In this document: in pieces, positions 17,758-27,857 of the stretch
Layout: each line of letters begins with the position of its first letter
How positions within the stretch are numbered: position 1 is the first letter of the stretch
Assembly (NCBI GenBank): GCA_043797705.1
Contig: JAZDPJ010000017.1
Coordinates: forward strand, 1 to 58,572
DNA from: an archaeon
Lineage (GTDB): Archaea; Nanobdellota; Nanobdellia; SCGC-AAA011-G17; GW2011-AR17
Direction of reading: 5' to 3'
Length of the DNA: 58,572 nucleotides
The notes under the pieces: model-generated
Told to the model about the DNA's origin: nothing
What the model saw: the letters and a program-made list of their open reading frames with translations, nothing else
Databases searched by the model: none
Translations under genes and position numbers: made by a program

Positions 17758-19056
17758 CTACTTTATCAAACCAAAACCAATCAACCTAAACCTATGACCC
17801 AACAACCTTGAAATAGTAACCCTATCCTCCTTCTTTGCACAAATAGGCCTCTTCAAAACAATATGCACAGCATTCTTTGAAAGAGCAGTAACCACACCAG
17901 TAGTAACACTAGCATTAACATTAAGCATCAAAGCCTCACCCTTCCTAATCGGATCAACATTAAGCTCCTTCTCAGTACCAACAACCCTCTCCAGTAACTT
18001 AAGCTCCAAATCAATCTCATTAAGCGTACCAGGCAAAGTCCCAACCTTACCAACAAGATTACCTGCAAGAGCATCAGACTTAACAATTGAAGGATCCAAA
18101 TTAGTCAATAAAGCAATAGACCCTCCAGGCATTGCTTCCCCAACAGAGTCATTACCAGTCATAATACCGCTGACATCAGTAGTAATAGTATCCCAATGAA
18201 CCTTACCATTCTTCTCTTTTTTCCTTCCAGGCTTAATCTCAATCTTATCTCCGACTTTCAATTTGCCCAAGATTATCGCCCCCCCAAGCACACCCCCAAC
18301 AATGTTTGCAATCTTTGTTCCAGGCTTATTTACATCAAAAGACCTTATAACAAACATAACAGGATTCTTATCTAAATCCCTATTAGGCGTGGGAAAATTC
18401 TCTTCAATAGCCTTTATCAAAAGATCAATATTCGCTTCTCCTTGCGCAGAGATAGGAACTATCGGCGCCTTCTCAGCAATCGTGCCCTTAACAAATTCTT
18501 TAATCTCTTTGTAATTCTTTATAGCATCCTCCTCAGACACCAAATCAATCTTGTTCTGAGCTATGATAATGTTCTTTATACCACAGATATCCAAAGCCAT
18601 AAGATGCTCCTTAGTCTGGGGTTGAGGGCAGGATTCATTAGCCGCCACCATCAATATTGCATAATCCATAATCGCAGAACCTGAAAGCATAGTCGCCATC
18701 AAAGTCTCATGGCCAGGAGCATCCACAAAAGAAACAGTTCTAAGCTTAATAGTAGTCTCTCCGCACTTGGGGCATTTAACCTTTGAACCATAACACTCAG
18801 GATCCTCACATTTTGGACACTTATAGAATGTTGCATTTGCATAACCTAACCGGATAGTAATCCCTCTCTTTCTTTCCTCACTATGAGTATCAGTCCACTT
18901 ACCTGAAAGACGAGAAACTAAGGTTGTCTTTCCATGGTCTACATGACCAACTAAACCAATGTTAATCACTGGCTGGGAAATCTCTATTTTTTTAGATTTT
19001 TTTTTAGCTGGCTTCTTTGGAGCTTTTATCTTTGTATTTACAGACTTTTTTGGCAT
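17758..19056 (-). CDS. eif2g: Translation initiation factor aIF2 gamma subunit
   Basis: 432 aa with G1 GHVDHGKTT, G3 DAPGH and G4 NKID. Has a zinc ribbon CPKC...CPKCG and a Lys-rich N-terminal extension. Confidence 0.95.
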   Translation of the reverse strand: MPKKSVNTKIKAPKKPAKKKSKKIEISQPVINIGLVGHVDHGKTTLVSRLSGKWTDTHSEERKRGITIRLGYANATFYKCPKCEDPECYGSKVKCPKCGETTIKLRTVSFVDAPGHETLMATMLSGSAIMDYAILMVAANESCPQPQTKEHLMALDICGIKNIIIAQNKIDLVSEEDAIKNYKEIKEFVKGTIAEKAPIVPISAQGEANIDLLIKAIEENFPTPNRDLDKNPVMFVIRSFDVNKPGTKIANIVGGVLGGAIILGKLKVGDKIEIKPGRKKEKNGKVHWDTITTDVSGIMTGNDSVGEAMPGGSIALLTNLDPSIVKSDALAGNLVGKVGTLPGTLNEIDLELKLLERVVGTEKELNVDPIRKGEALMLNVNASVTTGVVTALSKNAVHIVLKRPICAKKEDRVTISRLLGHRFRLIGFGLIK

Positions 19057-19108
19057 TTATCTGATAAAAAGAGTAAGCCCTTTTAAAGATTGTGGTTAAA
19101 AAACAGAA

Positions 19109-19393
19109 TTAAATATGTGTGCCTGTCACAGTAATATGGGGTCCATCTTGCTCAACCTCAAATTCCTTTATATTATTGATTACTAAATCATTGCCTGGCA
19201 AAAGGTAATTAACACTCAAACCCTGAATCACAATCTTATGTACATCTTCAAACTCAAGAACCTCCTTTGGGCCTTCAATGCTTAAATGAGGATTATTCTC
19301 ATCAAATAAACTAATAAAACAAGGTCTCAAATTATAATCTTTTTCAGTGCTTTTTTTTCTACCAATCAAAACACTCTGGGCTTGATATTTCAT
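19109..19393 (-). CDS. Hypothetical protein
   Basis: 94-aa ORF with an ATG start, located between rps6e and eif2g. No recognised motif. Confidence 0.45.
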   Translation of the reverse strand: MKYQAQSVLIGRKKSTEKDYNLRPCFISLFDENNPHLSIEGPKEVLEFEDVHKIVIQGLSVNYLLPGNDLVINNIKEFEVEQDGPHITVTGTHI

Positions 19394-19473
19394 GTATATA
19401 TAACCTCTCTTAAGTTTTTTACTAAATTTAAAAAATTGAATAAGTTAGTCTTATTCAGTTTTTTCTTCTGGTT

Positions 19474-19890
19474 TCATTTTTTTTCCTTATGTTCTTCAGA
19501 TTCTACTGCAGGTTCTTCTTTTTTTATTCCAAGAAGCTCCTCTAAATCCTTTGAACCTAATTTTGTGATCTTAAGATTAACTTGCGCAGTAACTTCACCG
19601 ATAGTATTTCCTCGGACAGTCTTTCTCTTTTTCATCCCTTCACGATTAATGTGGACTCCGGGCCCTTTTGTAAGTAAAGCCTGCTTCCTTCCAGAACTAT
19701 CAATATCCCTCCTCATAGGGAAGCCAGCATTATCACTACCCCCAGTAATCTCTAGCTCATAACCTGGCAGGCCTATATTGTCTCCATTCACTTTAGCCCC
19801 AATTTTCATACCCACCAAAAATTCACCCTCTAACTGCTTTTGATAACTTCTCCCAGTTTTGGGGTTGTTTATTACAAGTTTAATTTCCAT
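19474..19890 (-). CDS. rps6e: Ribosomal protein S6e
   Basis: 138 aa with the S6e signature GGSDNAGFPMRRDI. Confidence 0.9.
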   Translation of the reverse strand: MEIKLVINNPKTGRSYQKQLEGEFLVGMKIGAKVNGDNIGLPGYELEITGGSDNAGFPMRRDIDSSGRKQALLTKGPGVHINREGMKKRKTVRGNTIGEVTAQVNLKITKLGSKDLEELLGIKKEEPAVESEEHKEKK

Positions 19891-19929
19891 TGCCGTATTT
19901 TCCTAAAAAACTGCTAATTATTTATATAC

Positions 19930-20799
19930 TTATTGGTCTGATCCCTGGAAAGCAATTAAGTCTTCAGTTGTCAAAATCTTATTTTTCTTGAGTTTTTCTT
20001 CAACTTCCTTAACCTTTTCATCTAATTTCCTTTTCTCATCCCGCTCTTTTGATTTTTTAGTCTTCTCCTTTTCCTTTACTTTTTTCTCCCTTTCAACTTG
20101 TTTTTCACTTAGCTTATCTCTTAAAAGGTTATTAATTTCTGAAAATTCCTTCTTAAAATTTGTAAAATTCTCAAATGCTTTTTCTTGTGTCTCTTTCAGT
20201 TCAGTAATCTTTTTTGAAAGATTCATAAAATCTCCATATCCCCTCCTATTATCTGAGATATTCTTTTTAAGCTGCTCATGAAACTCCTCAGCCCTCTTCT
20301 TTGTTTCTTCAATCTTTTTTGAAAGCTCGTTAAACTTACTGTTCATAACAACGATATCCTTTGTTTCAGCATATTGTTTTCTTAAATCATTAATCTCACG
20401 CATAATCTTCTTTTCTTTATCGAAACTAGGAGCTTCAGTCTCAATCACAAATTCAAGCTTGTCAATACAACCTTTTATGAGCTCAGGATCCATCTTTGAC
20501 TTAGTCTTTGCAAGCTTCTCTTTCTTCTCATCATTAAGCTTCTTGACTTTCTTAATAAGCTCCCCCACTTCCTCATTACACCTGTCTCTTTCAGCCTTAA
20601 TTTGAGAAATAGATTTGTTAGAAGAGTCGCCCTTATTTTTAAGACCTCTAATTTGCTTGATTAAATTAGCAATATCAAGCTTAAGGTCTTCTTTTTTCTT
20701 AAACCATTCCTCTTTTTTCTGACGGATCTCTTCTAACTTAGACTTCAAGCTAGGAAGGTCTTCATTTTCTTGTAATTTCCTTGCCTTAACATCTGTCAT
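19930..20799 (-). CDS. Lys/Glu-rich coiled-coil protein (archaeal COG1340-like, inference)
   Basis: 289 aa, heptad-like K/E-rich throughout, lying beside ribosomal genes as is typical for the conserved archaeal coiled-coil protein. Confidence 0.6.
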   Translation of the reverse strand: MTDVKARKLQENEDLPSLKSKLEEIRQKKEEWFKKKEDLKLDIANLIKQIRGLKNKGDSSNKSISQIKAERDRCNEEVGELIKKVKKLNDEKKEKLAKTKSKMDPELIKGCIDKLEFVIETEAPSFDKEKKIMREINDLRKQYAETKDIVVMNSKFNELSKKIEETKKRAEEFHEQLKKNISDNRRGYGDFMNLSKKITELKETQEKAFENFTNFKKEFSEINNLLRDKLSEKQVEREKKVKEKEKTKKSKERDEKRKLDEKVKEVEEKLKKNKILTTEDLIAFQGSDQ

Positions 20800-20819
20800 G
20801 TAACAACACTTTTTGCTCT

Positions 20820-21095
20820 TTAACCGAATAGTGCCCCTAATCCTGCTGCCGCTTCTGCCTCTGCCTCTTTTTTATCTTCTTTCTTGGCTTCTGCAGATGA
20901 TGCGGATGCTGCTGGAGCAAACATTGCTTCTTTGACGACTGTATCAATATCGACACCATCTAATGAAGCTACGAGGGCCTTAACTTTTGTGTCCTCAACT
21001 TTCACTCCGGCTGCTTCAAGCACTTTTTTGACATTCTCTTCGCTTACTGCCTGTCCCGTTTTGTGGATAAGCATTGCAGCATATATGTATTCCAT
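20820..21095 (-). CDS. rpl12: Ribosomal stalk protein P1 (L12e)
   Basis: 91 aa with the MEYIYAAMLIH N-terminus, an Ala/Glu/Lys hinge and a GLGALFG tail. Confidence 0.85.
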   Translation of the reverse strand: MEYIYAAMLIHKTGQAVSEENVKKVLEAAGVKVEDTKVKALVASLDGVDIDTVVKEAMFAPAASASSAEAKKEDKKEAEAEAAAGLGALFG

Positions 21096-21110
21096 TTTTG
21101 TTCCTCCATA

Positions 21111-21899
21111 TTAATATTCTATATTTTTAGCTGTGGCTAACGCCTTAGCTTCTGTATAAGCTTTTCTTATCATTGGATCCACTGTATCCTTGTTTATGTA
21201 ACCAATAGTTATTGCTAATGCAATTGCCTCTACACCTATACGTTTAATATTAGCTATGTACTCCTTCTGATCTACAGCAAGTACTGATTTTTCATAAATT
21301 AAACCATTTTCAAAAGTTGCAACCAAATTCAATCCTATCTCCATAGGTTCAAGACCAAACTTTGTCAGCAACTCTGCTTGTCCCTTGGTAATAACTTCTC
21401 CTTCTCTTACTACTACCTTAGGCGCTTTGACTACTACTTTTCCGTCTTCAATAGCTGTCTTTAATCCTGCTTTTCCTAATTCACCAATAATCGGACCTGG
21501 CGGGAAAGGAGTCGGACCAGCTTCAATAGTCAAATCATTAGGTGCATTCTGCCCTGGTTTTGCAGCCGCACTAGTAGTCTTACTTGCCAACAAACGGTAA
21601 AGCTTAAATGGGTTATCCTTAGTGAACACAAGCATAGGCATGCCTTTTAGATGACTTATTAATTGGTCAATACCTTTTACCTTGCCTTTTAATTTTTCAA
21701 GAGCAATTTTAATCAACCTTTTCTTGCTCATAACAACAAAAACAGTATTCTTAATCTGAGATTTTACTTGCTGCAACTGCTTACTCGGCAGATTCTCCGC
21801 ATTAATCACTCCAACAACCGGATACTCCTGAAAAAGCTTCTCCAACTTAACAACTTCCTTCTTCTTCACATCCGAAACCCTAGCTTTTGGCTTATCCAT
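21111..21899 (-). CDS. rplP0: Ribosomal stalk protein P0 (uL10)
   Basis: Start moved to the ATG at 21899 (MDKPKARVSD...), leaving a 1-nt gap after the L1 stop. uL10-like N-terminal domain, positioned between L1 and P1. Confidence 0.9.
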   Translation of the reverse strand: MDKPKARVSDVKKKEVVKLEKLFQEYPVVGVINAENLPSKQLQQVKSQIKNTVFVVMSKKRLIKIALEKLKGKVKGIDQLISHLKGMPMLVFTKDNPFKLYRLLASKTTSAAAKPGQNAPNDLTIEAGPTPFPPGPIIGELGKAGLKTAIEDGKVVVKAPKVVVREGEVITKGQAELLTKFGLEPMEIGLNLVATFENGLIYEKSVLAVDQKEYIANIKRIGVEAIALAITIGYINKDTVDPMIRKAYTEAKALATAKNIEY

Positions 21900-21900
21900 T

Positions 21901-22551
21901 TTAGTTACCCACCCCAACAGGGGCGCCCATTGTCAATTTTAATAGAACTTTCTTAACATTAGCTGATTCCTGAGGCAAAGCATGAACTGCTGCATTATAA
22001 ACTGCCAAAATGTTCTCTGCAACATCATCATCCTCCATATCCTCCCTACCAACTGCACACTTAACAGTAAGATCCGTCTTTGTGATTAATCTGATAATTT
22101 TCTGAAACTTTTCATAAATAGGTTTAAGTGTAGCCTTTGGAGGCACAATAGCTCCAGATTTAGGGTTAGGCATTTTACCTCTTACACCAAGGATCTTACC
22201 GAAACTTTTAGCAATGTCCGGCATGATGTTAGCTTGAGCAATAAAATAGTCATAATCCTGCGCCAATTTCTTTGCATCCTTCTGGCTGATATTAGGAAAA
22301 TCTGACTTCAGAATGGTCTTATCAAAAGTGTCCTTAGCCTCTGTGTATAAGGCGTTATCAACTAAAGCACAAAGCTTCCTTTTCTTACCAAGCCCTTTCG
22401 GCAATGTAACAAATATATCTAGTTTTTGCTCAGGATTCTTAAGATTTAACTCCTTTAAATTAAGTATCAAATCAAAAGTCTGATTGAATTTCTTTTTAGA
22501 ACTGGCTTCACGCGCCTTCTTTATTGCTTCTAATATACTTGATTTATTCAT
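21901..22551 (-). CDS. rpl1: Ribosomal protein L1 (uL1)
   Basis: 216 aa. KKFNQTFDLILNLK ... GKILGVRGKMPNPK is typical of uL1. TATA-like CCTTTATAA lies ~60 nt upstream. Confidence 0.92.
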   Translation of the reverse strand: MNKSSILEAIKKAREASSKKKFNQTFDLILNLKELNLKNPEQKLDIFVTLPKGLGKKRKLCALVDNALYTEAKDTFDKTILKSDFPNISQKDAKKLAQDYDYFIAQANIMPDIAKSFGKILGVRGKMPNPKSGAIVPPKATLKPIYEKFQKIIRLITKTDLTVKCAVGREDMEDDDVAENILAVYNAAVHALPQESANVKKVLLKLTMGAPVGVGN

Positions 22552-22629
22552 ATAACCCTCCTACCTTAGGTAGTCCCAGTGGGAATTAGTATGATTAATC
22601 AAGGGGTTACTTATAAAGGTTTCTATATC

Positions 22630-22881
22630 TTAACTATACGGCCCTTTCCTTTTTACTTTAGGACTTTCAGATTCTTTAAACAACCGCCCAAAATACTCAA
22701 TCCACCGCTCCTCCTGAAAAGACCCTTTAATATTAAGCGAACCTATAAAATTCTCCTCCTGCCCATCAAAATAATACATACCCCTGCCTACAGGCCAGGC
22801 ATCCTTCTGTGTGCCCTTACCATAAGCATCTCTCCCTAAAAGGCCAAGTCGAACCCTGAAGATCCAAATAAATACTGACAT
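22630..22881 (-). CDS. Open +1-frame continuation past the stop of 22817..25030 (frameshifted C-terminus or small gene)
   Basis: ATG at 22881, TAA at 22630. It stays open ~60 codons beyond the neighbour's stop. Third positions are T/G-dominated like genuine minus-strand genes here. Confidence 0.3.
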   Translation of the reverse strand: MSVFIWIFRVRLGLLGRDAYGKGTQKDAWPVGRGMYYFDGQEENFIGSLNIKGSFQEERWIEYFGRLFKESESPKVKRKGPYS

Positions 22882-25030
22882 TATCAATCTTTCCACCAAT
22901 AGAAGCAGTTAATTGCTGGCTATGCATACCATACAATTCAGACATCCCCCCCTCCAAACCTATTGAAAAGTCACGATACCCAAACAATACACCCAGCCCA
23001 TACATCTCCTCATCGTAATTGCCAAAATAAGTCGCTCCCATATAAACATTTTCTGATCCTAACACAACACGAAACATATAACTTTCATCCAACAACTTTC
23101 CAGACAATAAAACCCCAGAAAGATTTGAATACAACTTTGCCTGCGCATTCGTCAACTCTCTCAATTTACCTGGCTGAGCAGCAGCAGCAATCTGCTCAGC
23201 TCTTACATAATAATCCGTCAATTTCATATTACTATTTTCATCAAGCAGTATCACAGCACTCTCTAAAGATAACCTGCCTTCCTCAGAAGACTGCAAATAG
23301 AACTTTGAAACAACAGGCCCAGTATCTAAAATCATTCCTACCCTAACCAACTCCTCTGCTGGAGACTTATACGAAAAAAAAGGACTAATTATCTTACCCC
23401 TAACCCCAAACACCAAACTATATTCAGGCATTATATTAAAATGCAAATTCGGATCAGGGTTTTCAAGTGTTATATCCTCCCGAATAATTTTAGACATCCC
23501 CCTGCCAAGCACATCAACCAATGTTGATTTAAAACTTAGAGACTGTCTCCTCCCCTGATAAATCCTCTGCTCAATATGTGGCTTAACACCCAATGATAAA
23601 TGATACCACAAATCTTTGTATTCGCCCTCCCTAAAAGCATAAAACAAAAGACTTTCATGCATCTGCTTTTCCAACTTTGTGGATTGGCTAAATGAAAAAC
23701 TAACTAAGTCTTCATGTGAATCTACCCTTGCCTGCACTTCAAGACTGAATCCTTCCAAGCTAGACATCCCACTATCCAAAACAAAGCCGTACCCCTTCCT
23801 GCCATCCGTTGTAGCCTCTGACAATTGATACCCTTCAAGCACATTAGTCTTTAATCTATACTCTGCAAACATGGATCCATCAATATCCAAATCCAACAAA
23901 TGCAAATGGAATCCCAAGAGATTTCCTAAAGCCTCTAAAGGTAGCTTTAGGTTATTATCTGGGAGATAAATGTAGATAGGCTCTCCCTTAGACAAGTTAA
24001 GATTGAAATATATCCTAGCGCTACCAAAGATTTGGTTATCTGCAGTGAAAGACTGTACAAACTCCTTCCCTAATCCTAAATCATATCTAGATAGTATACT
24101 TATTTCACTTCTACCCTTACCCTTAATCTCCCAGTTTAATGTTACTCCTTTCTCGCTTTCTTTAAAGTTTAAAATAGGCTTTAACTTTTCAAACAAGGGT
24201 GCTAATTCTTTCAGTGTTTTCCCGCCAATACTAATTTCATTCATCGGATCATTGTATACTTTATCTGTGATATATTCAAATACCCCTACTATGTCTATCT
24301 TATGCATACCAGCAACAAAATCCTCTAATGCCTTCATTGTCCTTTTCTTATCTTCTGAATCTACTCCTTCTTGATAAAACTCATCTAAAAACTCCTCCAT
24401 ATCCTTCCCAAATTTTGAATATTCTGAAACTGTCATCTCATTATCCGCACTATATTCTGGCAAAACCTTGGACATATGCAACAACAAACCTAAAAATAAC
24501 TCATTAGTATACTTGTCTTTGTAAATATCCTCAAGATCCCCCTCCAAATCAGAAAAATATCCTGCCATTCCTTCAACACCATTACCCTTTTCAAGATCCT
24601 CAAGAATACTGGTAACATTTGCTCCGCCTAAAGATATGGGCCAAGTACTTGATGTTACCATATCATTCAGATTTAAATCTCCATAAAAAATATCGCCAGT
24701 ATTCAAGTTCAACTCTAAATCTTTTCCTGATAATAATCCATTCATATTTAATGTTGTCCAATTAGGAACCTTATAAACGCCGGTTGCTGTACACCCAGCA
24801 TCAATAGACCTTATATTCCAATCCTTGAACTTATCTACTTCAGCTTTTTCTAGAATTAGACCTTTTTCAGCAGCCACTTTCCATGCAGCAATCTCTGAAG
24901 TCTTGAGTAGCTGCTCCAAGCTCATCGTGCTCTCTAATTGGTGTTCCTTCTCCTGACCATCGCCTTGCGCATATGCACTAGAAGCTAATAATAAACTTAT
25001 CGAGGCAACGGCTGTCTTTAAGAAAGCCAT
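22817..25030 (-). CDS. Large secreted protein, unknown function
   Basis: Start moved to the ATG at 25030, giving the signal peptide MAFLKTAVASISLLLASSAYAQG. 737 aa, no catalytic motif recognised. The C-terminal third has an alternating beta-strand-like pattern and ends ...CLW. Confidence 0.6.
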   Translation of the reverse strand: MAFLKTAVASISLLLASSAYAQGDGQEKEHQLESTMSLEQLLKTSEIAAWKVAAEKGLILEKAEVDKFKDWNIRSIDAGCTATGVYKVPNWTTLNMNGLLSGKDLELNLNTGDIFYGDLNLNDMVTSSTWPISLGGANVTSILEDLEKGNGVEGMAGYFSDLEGDLEDIYKDKYTNELFLGLLLHMSKVLPEYSADNEMTVSEYSKFGKDMEEFLDEFYQEGVDSEDKKRTMKALEDFVAGMHKIDIVGVFEYITDKVYNDPMNEISIGGKTLKELAPLFEKLKPILNFKESEKGVTLNWEIKGKGRSEISILSRYDLGLGKEFVQSFTADNQIFGSARIYFNLNLSKGEPIYIYLPDNNLKLPLEALGNLLGFHLHLLDLDIDGSMFAEYRLKTNVLEGYQLSEATTDGRKGYGFVLDSGMSSLEGFSLEVQARVDSHEDLVSFSFSQSTKLEKQMHESLLFYAFREGEYKDLWYHLSLGVKPHIEQRIYQGRRQSLSFKSTLVDVLGRGMSKIIREDITLENPDPNLHFNIMPEYSLVFGVRGKIISPFFSYKSPAEELVRVGMILDTGPVVSKFYLQSSEEGRLSLESAVILLDENSNMKLTDYYVRAEQIAAAAQPGKLRELTNAQAKLYSNLSGVLLSGKLLDESYMFRVVLGSENVYMGATYFGNYDEEMYGLGVLFGYRDFSIGLEGGMSELYGMHSQQLTASIGGKIDNVSIYLDLQGSTWPFRERCLW

Positions 25031-25122
25031 CAAGAATAATATCAATTTTTGCGGCTTTATAAACTTATCCTGGCTTTTTAAGAGAAAATTAATAAATAAT
25101 ACTCCTTTAAAGATTAAATCAG

Positions 25123-26148
25123 ATGGGTGAATTCGAAAAACAAAACAAGCTATCAAACAAAACACTTACTTATATTTATAAGGGGCTAACTTGCACCATA
25201 GTCGGGCTAACCAGCTTCTATTGCCAATCTAACCCCACACCTGAAGAAATTCAAAAAACAAGATTAGAACAACTATCAAACAAAAATAAAGCGGTCTTTT
25301 CATACTTCAAAGAAGGCATGAACCTAGAAGAATACTTCGTAGAAGATCAAGAAGGAAAAAAGGTTAATGTAAAATTGCTACTAGAAGAAAGTGTTGCTGG
25401 TGAAGAAGCACAAAAATATGTTGAAAAACTAGCTGAAGAAGCATATATATTTAACAACAAAAAAGATTATAAAACACTAGAATCAAAAATTGCACTAGCA
25501 GAAAGCATAATCTCCACTGCAAGAGGATACATACAAATTCAGGAATTTGGCGGTGCAGGAAATTATACACCTGGATACGAGTACAATGAAGAACGAGAAA
25601 GATTAAAAAAACAACTTATTGAATCAACAGACATACCTGAAGAACTAAAACAAGAACAATGGCAATACCTAATCAATACAAAATTTGCATATTCTGACTC
25701 AAGGCAAACATTCGATGAATTTGTAAAACCCAAAGACGGAAGAATACTGGCAGGAGACTGCGATGACTTCTCAATAGCACTAACAACAGTATACCACGGG
25801 CTAAAAGGCTATGCAGAAACAAATAAGAATCGAGATGAATTCTTTGAAGCGCTAACAGAAGGACTTGACCACTACCAAATATTCAGCGTAAGAATAAAAG
25901 ATAACATCCAGTATCTTGGCGCAACAGTATACATAGACCATGCACTGAACATATCAATAACATTCGGGAAGACACCCCTCTTAGAAGTAATAGAACCACA
26001 AATAAAGAACAAAAAAATGCAAATAGAAATAATAGACGGAAAACCATACATTAGAGAAACTGATACCTATGATTCCTTCTTAATCAAAGTTGCCTACCTG
26101 TATAACAGAGACTTTTCAGCGGAAGCAAAAAAAGAAGAACCAAAATAG
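25123..26148 (+). CDS. Lipoprotein-like protein with weak transglutaminase-like Cys-His pattern
   Basis: 341 aa with a hydrophobic segment then FYCQS. GDCDDFS resembles the GxCxxF(A/S) core of transglutaminase-like proteases, and a downstream IDHALN is present. The family call is weak. Confidence 0.5.
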   Translation: MGEFEKQNKLSNKTLTYIYKGLTCTIVGLTSFYCQSNPTPEEIQKTRLEQLSNKNKAVFSYFKEGMNLEEYFVEDQEGKKVNVKLLLEESVAGEEAQKYVEKLAEEAYIFNNKKDYKTLESKIALAESIISTARGYIQIQEFGGAGNYTPGYEYNEERERLKKQLIESTDIPEELKQEQWQYLINTKFAYSDSRQTFDEFVKPKDGRILAGDCDDFSIALTTVYHGLKGYAETNKNRDEFFEALTEGLDHYQIFSVRIKDNIQYLGATVYIDHALNISITFGKTPLLEVIEPQIKNKKMQIEIIDGKPYIRETDTYDSFLIKVAYLYNRDFSAEAKKEEPK

Positions 26149-26200
26149 CAGCAAAATCTAACTCGAAACCTTTATAATTCTATACGGCTAACCTTAAGAT

Positions 26201-27412
26201 ATGCAAGAAGCATTAACCCTTGTCATGCCCACAGATGACGAGAGAGAAAAAATCAAAAGAATAATTGGCGAGTTCTCCAAAAAAATAAAAATAAAAAACA
26301 CTAAAATTGAATTAGGCGGATCAGTAGCGAAAGATACATGGCTCAAAGGAGAACACGATATAGACATCTATGTAAAATTCGATCCAAAAGCCTATGGAAA
26401 AAAGAACATCTCAGAGATACTCAAAAAAACATTAGAAAAAAATTACAAAATTGAAAAAGTACACGGCAGCAGAGACTACTACCGAATTTACAAATCAGAA
26501 TACATCATAGAAGTGGTGCCGATACTAAACATCACCAAAGTAACACAAGCCAAAAACATAACAGATGTTTCACCATTCCATGTCAAATTTGTAAAAAAAC
26601 ATAAAAAAATAGTCAATGAAATAAGACTGGCCAAAGCATTCTGCAAATCAAATAACCTATATGGGGCAGAATCATACATTCAAGGATTCTCAGGATATGT
26701 ACTAGAGATACTGATAATACACTACGGGTCATTCAACAAGCTACTAAAAGAGGTAGCAAAATGGAACGGAACCATAGTACTTGACCCAAAACAATACTAC
26801 AAATACAAGAATGTGATGTTCAGCATGAACAAATCAAAACTAACCTCACCACTAATACTTGTAGACCCTGTGCAAGCAGAAAGAAATGCTGCGGCTGGAG
26901 TCGGAGAAAATAAATACAACAAGCTCATAAAACTGGCAAAACGATACTTAAAAACACCATCAAAAGAACTTTTCAAAAGAAAACAACTAGACCTAAAATC
27001 ACTAAAGAAAAAAGCAATACTAATTGAAGCAACAGAAACAAAAGGAAAAAGAGATGTCGCAGGAGCAAAACTCATGAAAGCATTCGATTTTTTCATAAGA
27101 GAACTAAACACCCACGACTTTGAAATAACTGAGTCCGACTGGCAATGGGAACAAGGAAAAAAGGCAATAATGTGGTTTGTACTAAAAGAGAAAAAAATTG
27201 CCAAAACAAAAAAACACTACGGACCCCCACTAAGACTTGAAGTCAGCGTAGAAAAATTCAAAAAAGCCTGGAAAGGATACAAACTAGAAACTGAAAAAGA
27301 CAAATGCTATGTAATGATAAAAAGAAAATACACTGATGCAAGAACCTTGCTGAAAACATCAATCAACAATAAATATTTAAAAGGCAAAGCAAAATCCATC
27401 AAACTAATCTAA
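26201..27412 (+). CDS. cca: CCA-adding enzyme (class I, archaeal tRNA nucleotidyltransferase)
   Basis: 403 aa with the nucleotidyltransferase motif GGSVAKDTWLKGEHDIDIYV. Confidence 0.85.
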   Translation: MQEALTLVMPTDDEREKIKRIIGEFSKKIKIKNTKIELGGSVAKDTWLKGEHDIDIYVKFDPKAYGKKNISEILKKTLEKNYKIEKVHGSRDYYRIYKSEYIIEVVPILNITKVTQAKNITDVSPFHVKFVKKHKKIVNEIRLAKAFCKSNNLYGAESYIQGFSGYVLEILIIHYGSFNKLLKEVAKWNGTIVLDPKQYYKYKNVMFSMNKSKLTSPLILVDPVQAERNAAAGVGENKYNKLIKLAKRYLKTPSKELFKRKQLDLKSLKKKAILIEATETKGKRDVAGAKLMKAFDFFIRELNTHDFEITESDWQWEQGKKAIMWFVLKEKKIAKTKKHYGPPLRLEVSVEKFKKAWKGYKLETEKDKCYVMIKRKYTDARTLLKTSINNKYLKGKAKSIKLI

Positions 27413-27413
27413 A

Positions 27414-27857
27414 ATGTCAAACATATCAAAAGATGTGCCTCTATCCGAGATAACACTAAGACGCTATGAAAGGCCCTATAACCTTGAACGAAGAGAGCTA
27501 ATCCGCAAACTATGTCTATCAGTAGGGCTATTGCAACCAGGAGACTCAAGAGATGTAATCGTAGATATATTCCAGACCTTGCTAGACGCAAATGAAACTT
27601 TAACTTCAGAAGAAATAATCACGGCAACAATAAAAGCAAGAGAAAACGCAAAAACAACCCTCCTGGGAATCACCCCCTCAAATGTCAGAAGACAACTGAA
27701 AAGACTTAAAAATTTATTCCTTATTGAAAAGTTAGCAAGCGGATACAGGATAACTGAACAAGAGGATATGAAGAAAATATTTGAAGAGCGAATAGAAAAC
27801 TTTTATTTGAAATCAATCGTCGAAAGAGTGCGAGAATACTTTGAGGCGCTAAAATGA
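27414..27857 (+). CDS. Putative winged-helix DNA-binding protein
   Basis: 147 aa. Starts 1 nt after the cca stop, and its stop overlaps the next ATG (ATGA). ITPSNVRRQLKRLKNLFLIEKL looks like a wHTH recognition helix and wing (inference). Confidence 0.5.
   Translation: MSNISKDVPLSEITLRRYERPYNLERRELIRKLCLSVGLLQPGDSRDVIVDIFQTLLDANETLTSEEIITATIKARENAKTTLLGITPSNVRRQLKRLKNLFLIEKLASGYRITEQEDMKKIFEERIENFYLKSIVERVREYFEALK

Noticed and set aside
17758-19056. Check for inteins or unusual insertions in large conserved genes (aIF2-gamma, dnaK, cysS, S8 protease).
   Set aside because: Lengths and motif spacing look normal. The only extra segment is a Lys-rich N-terminal extension of aIF2-gamma. No intein block motifs were seen.
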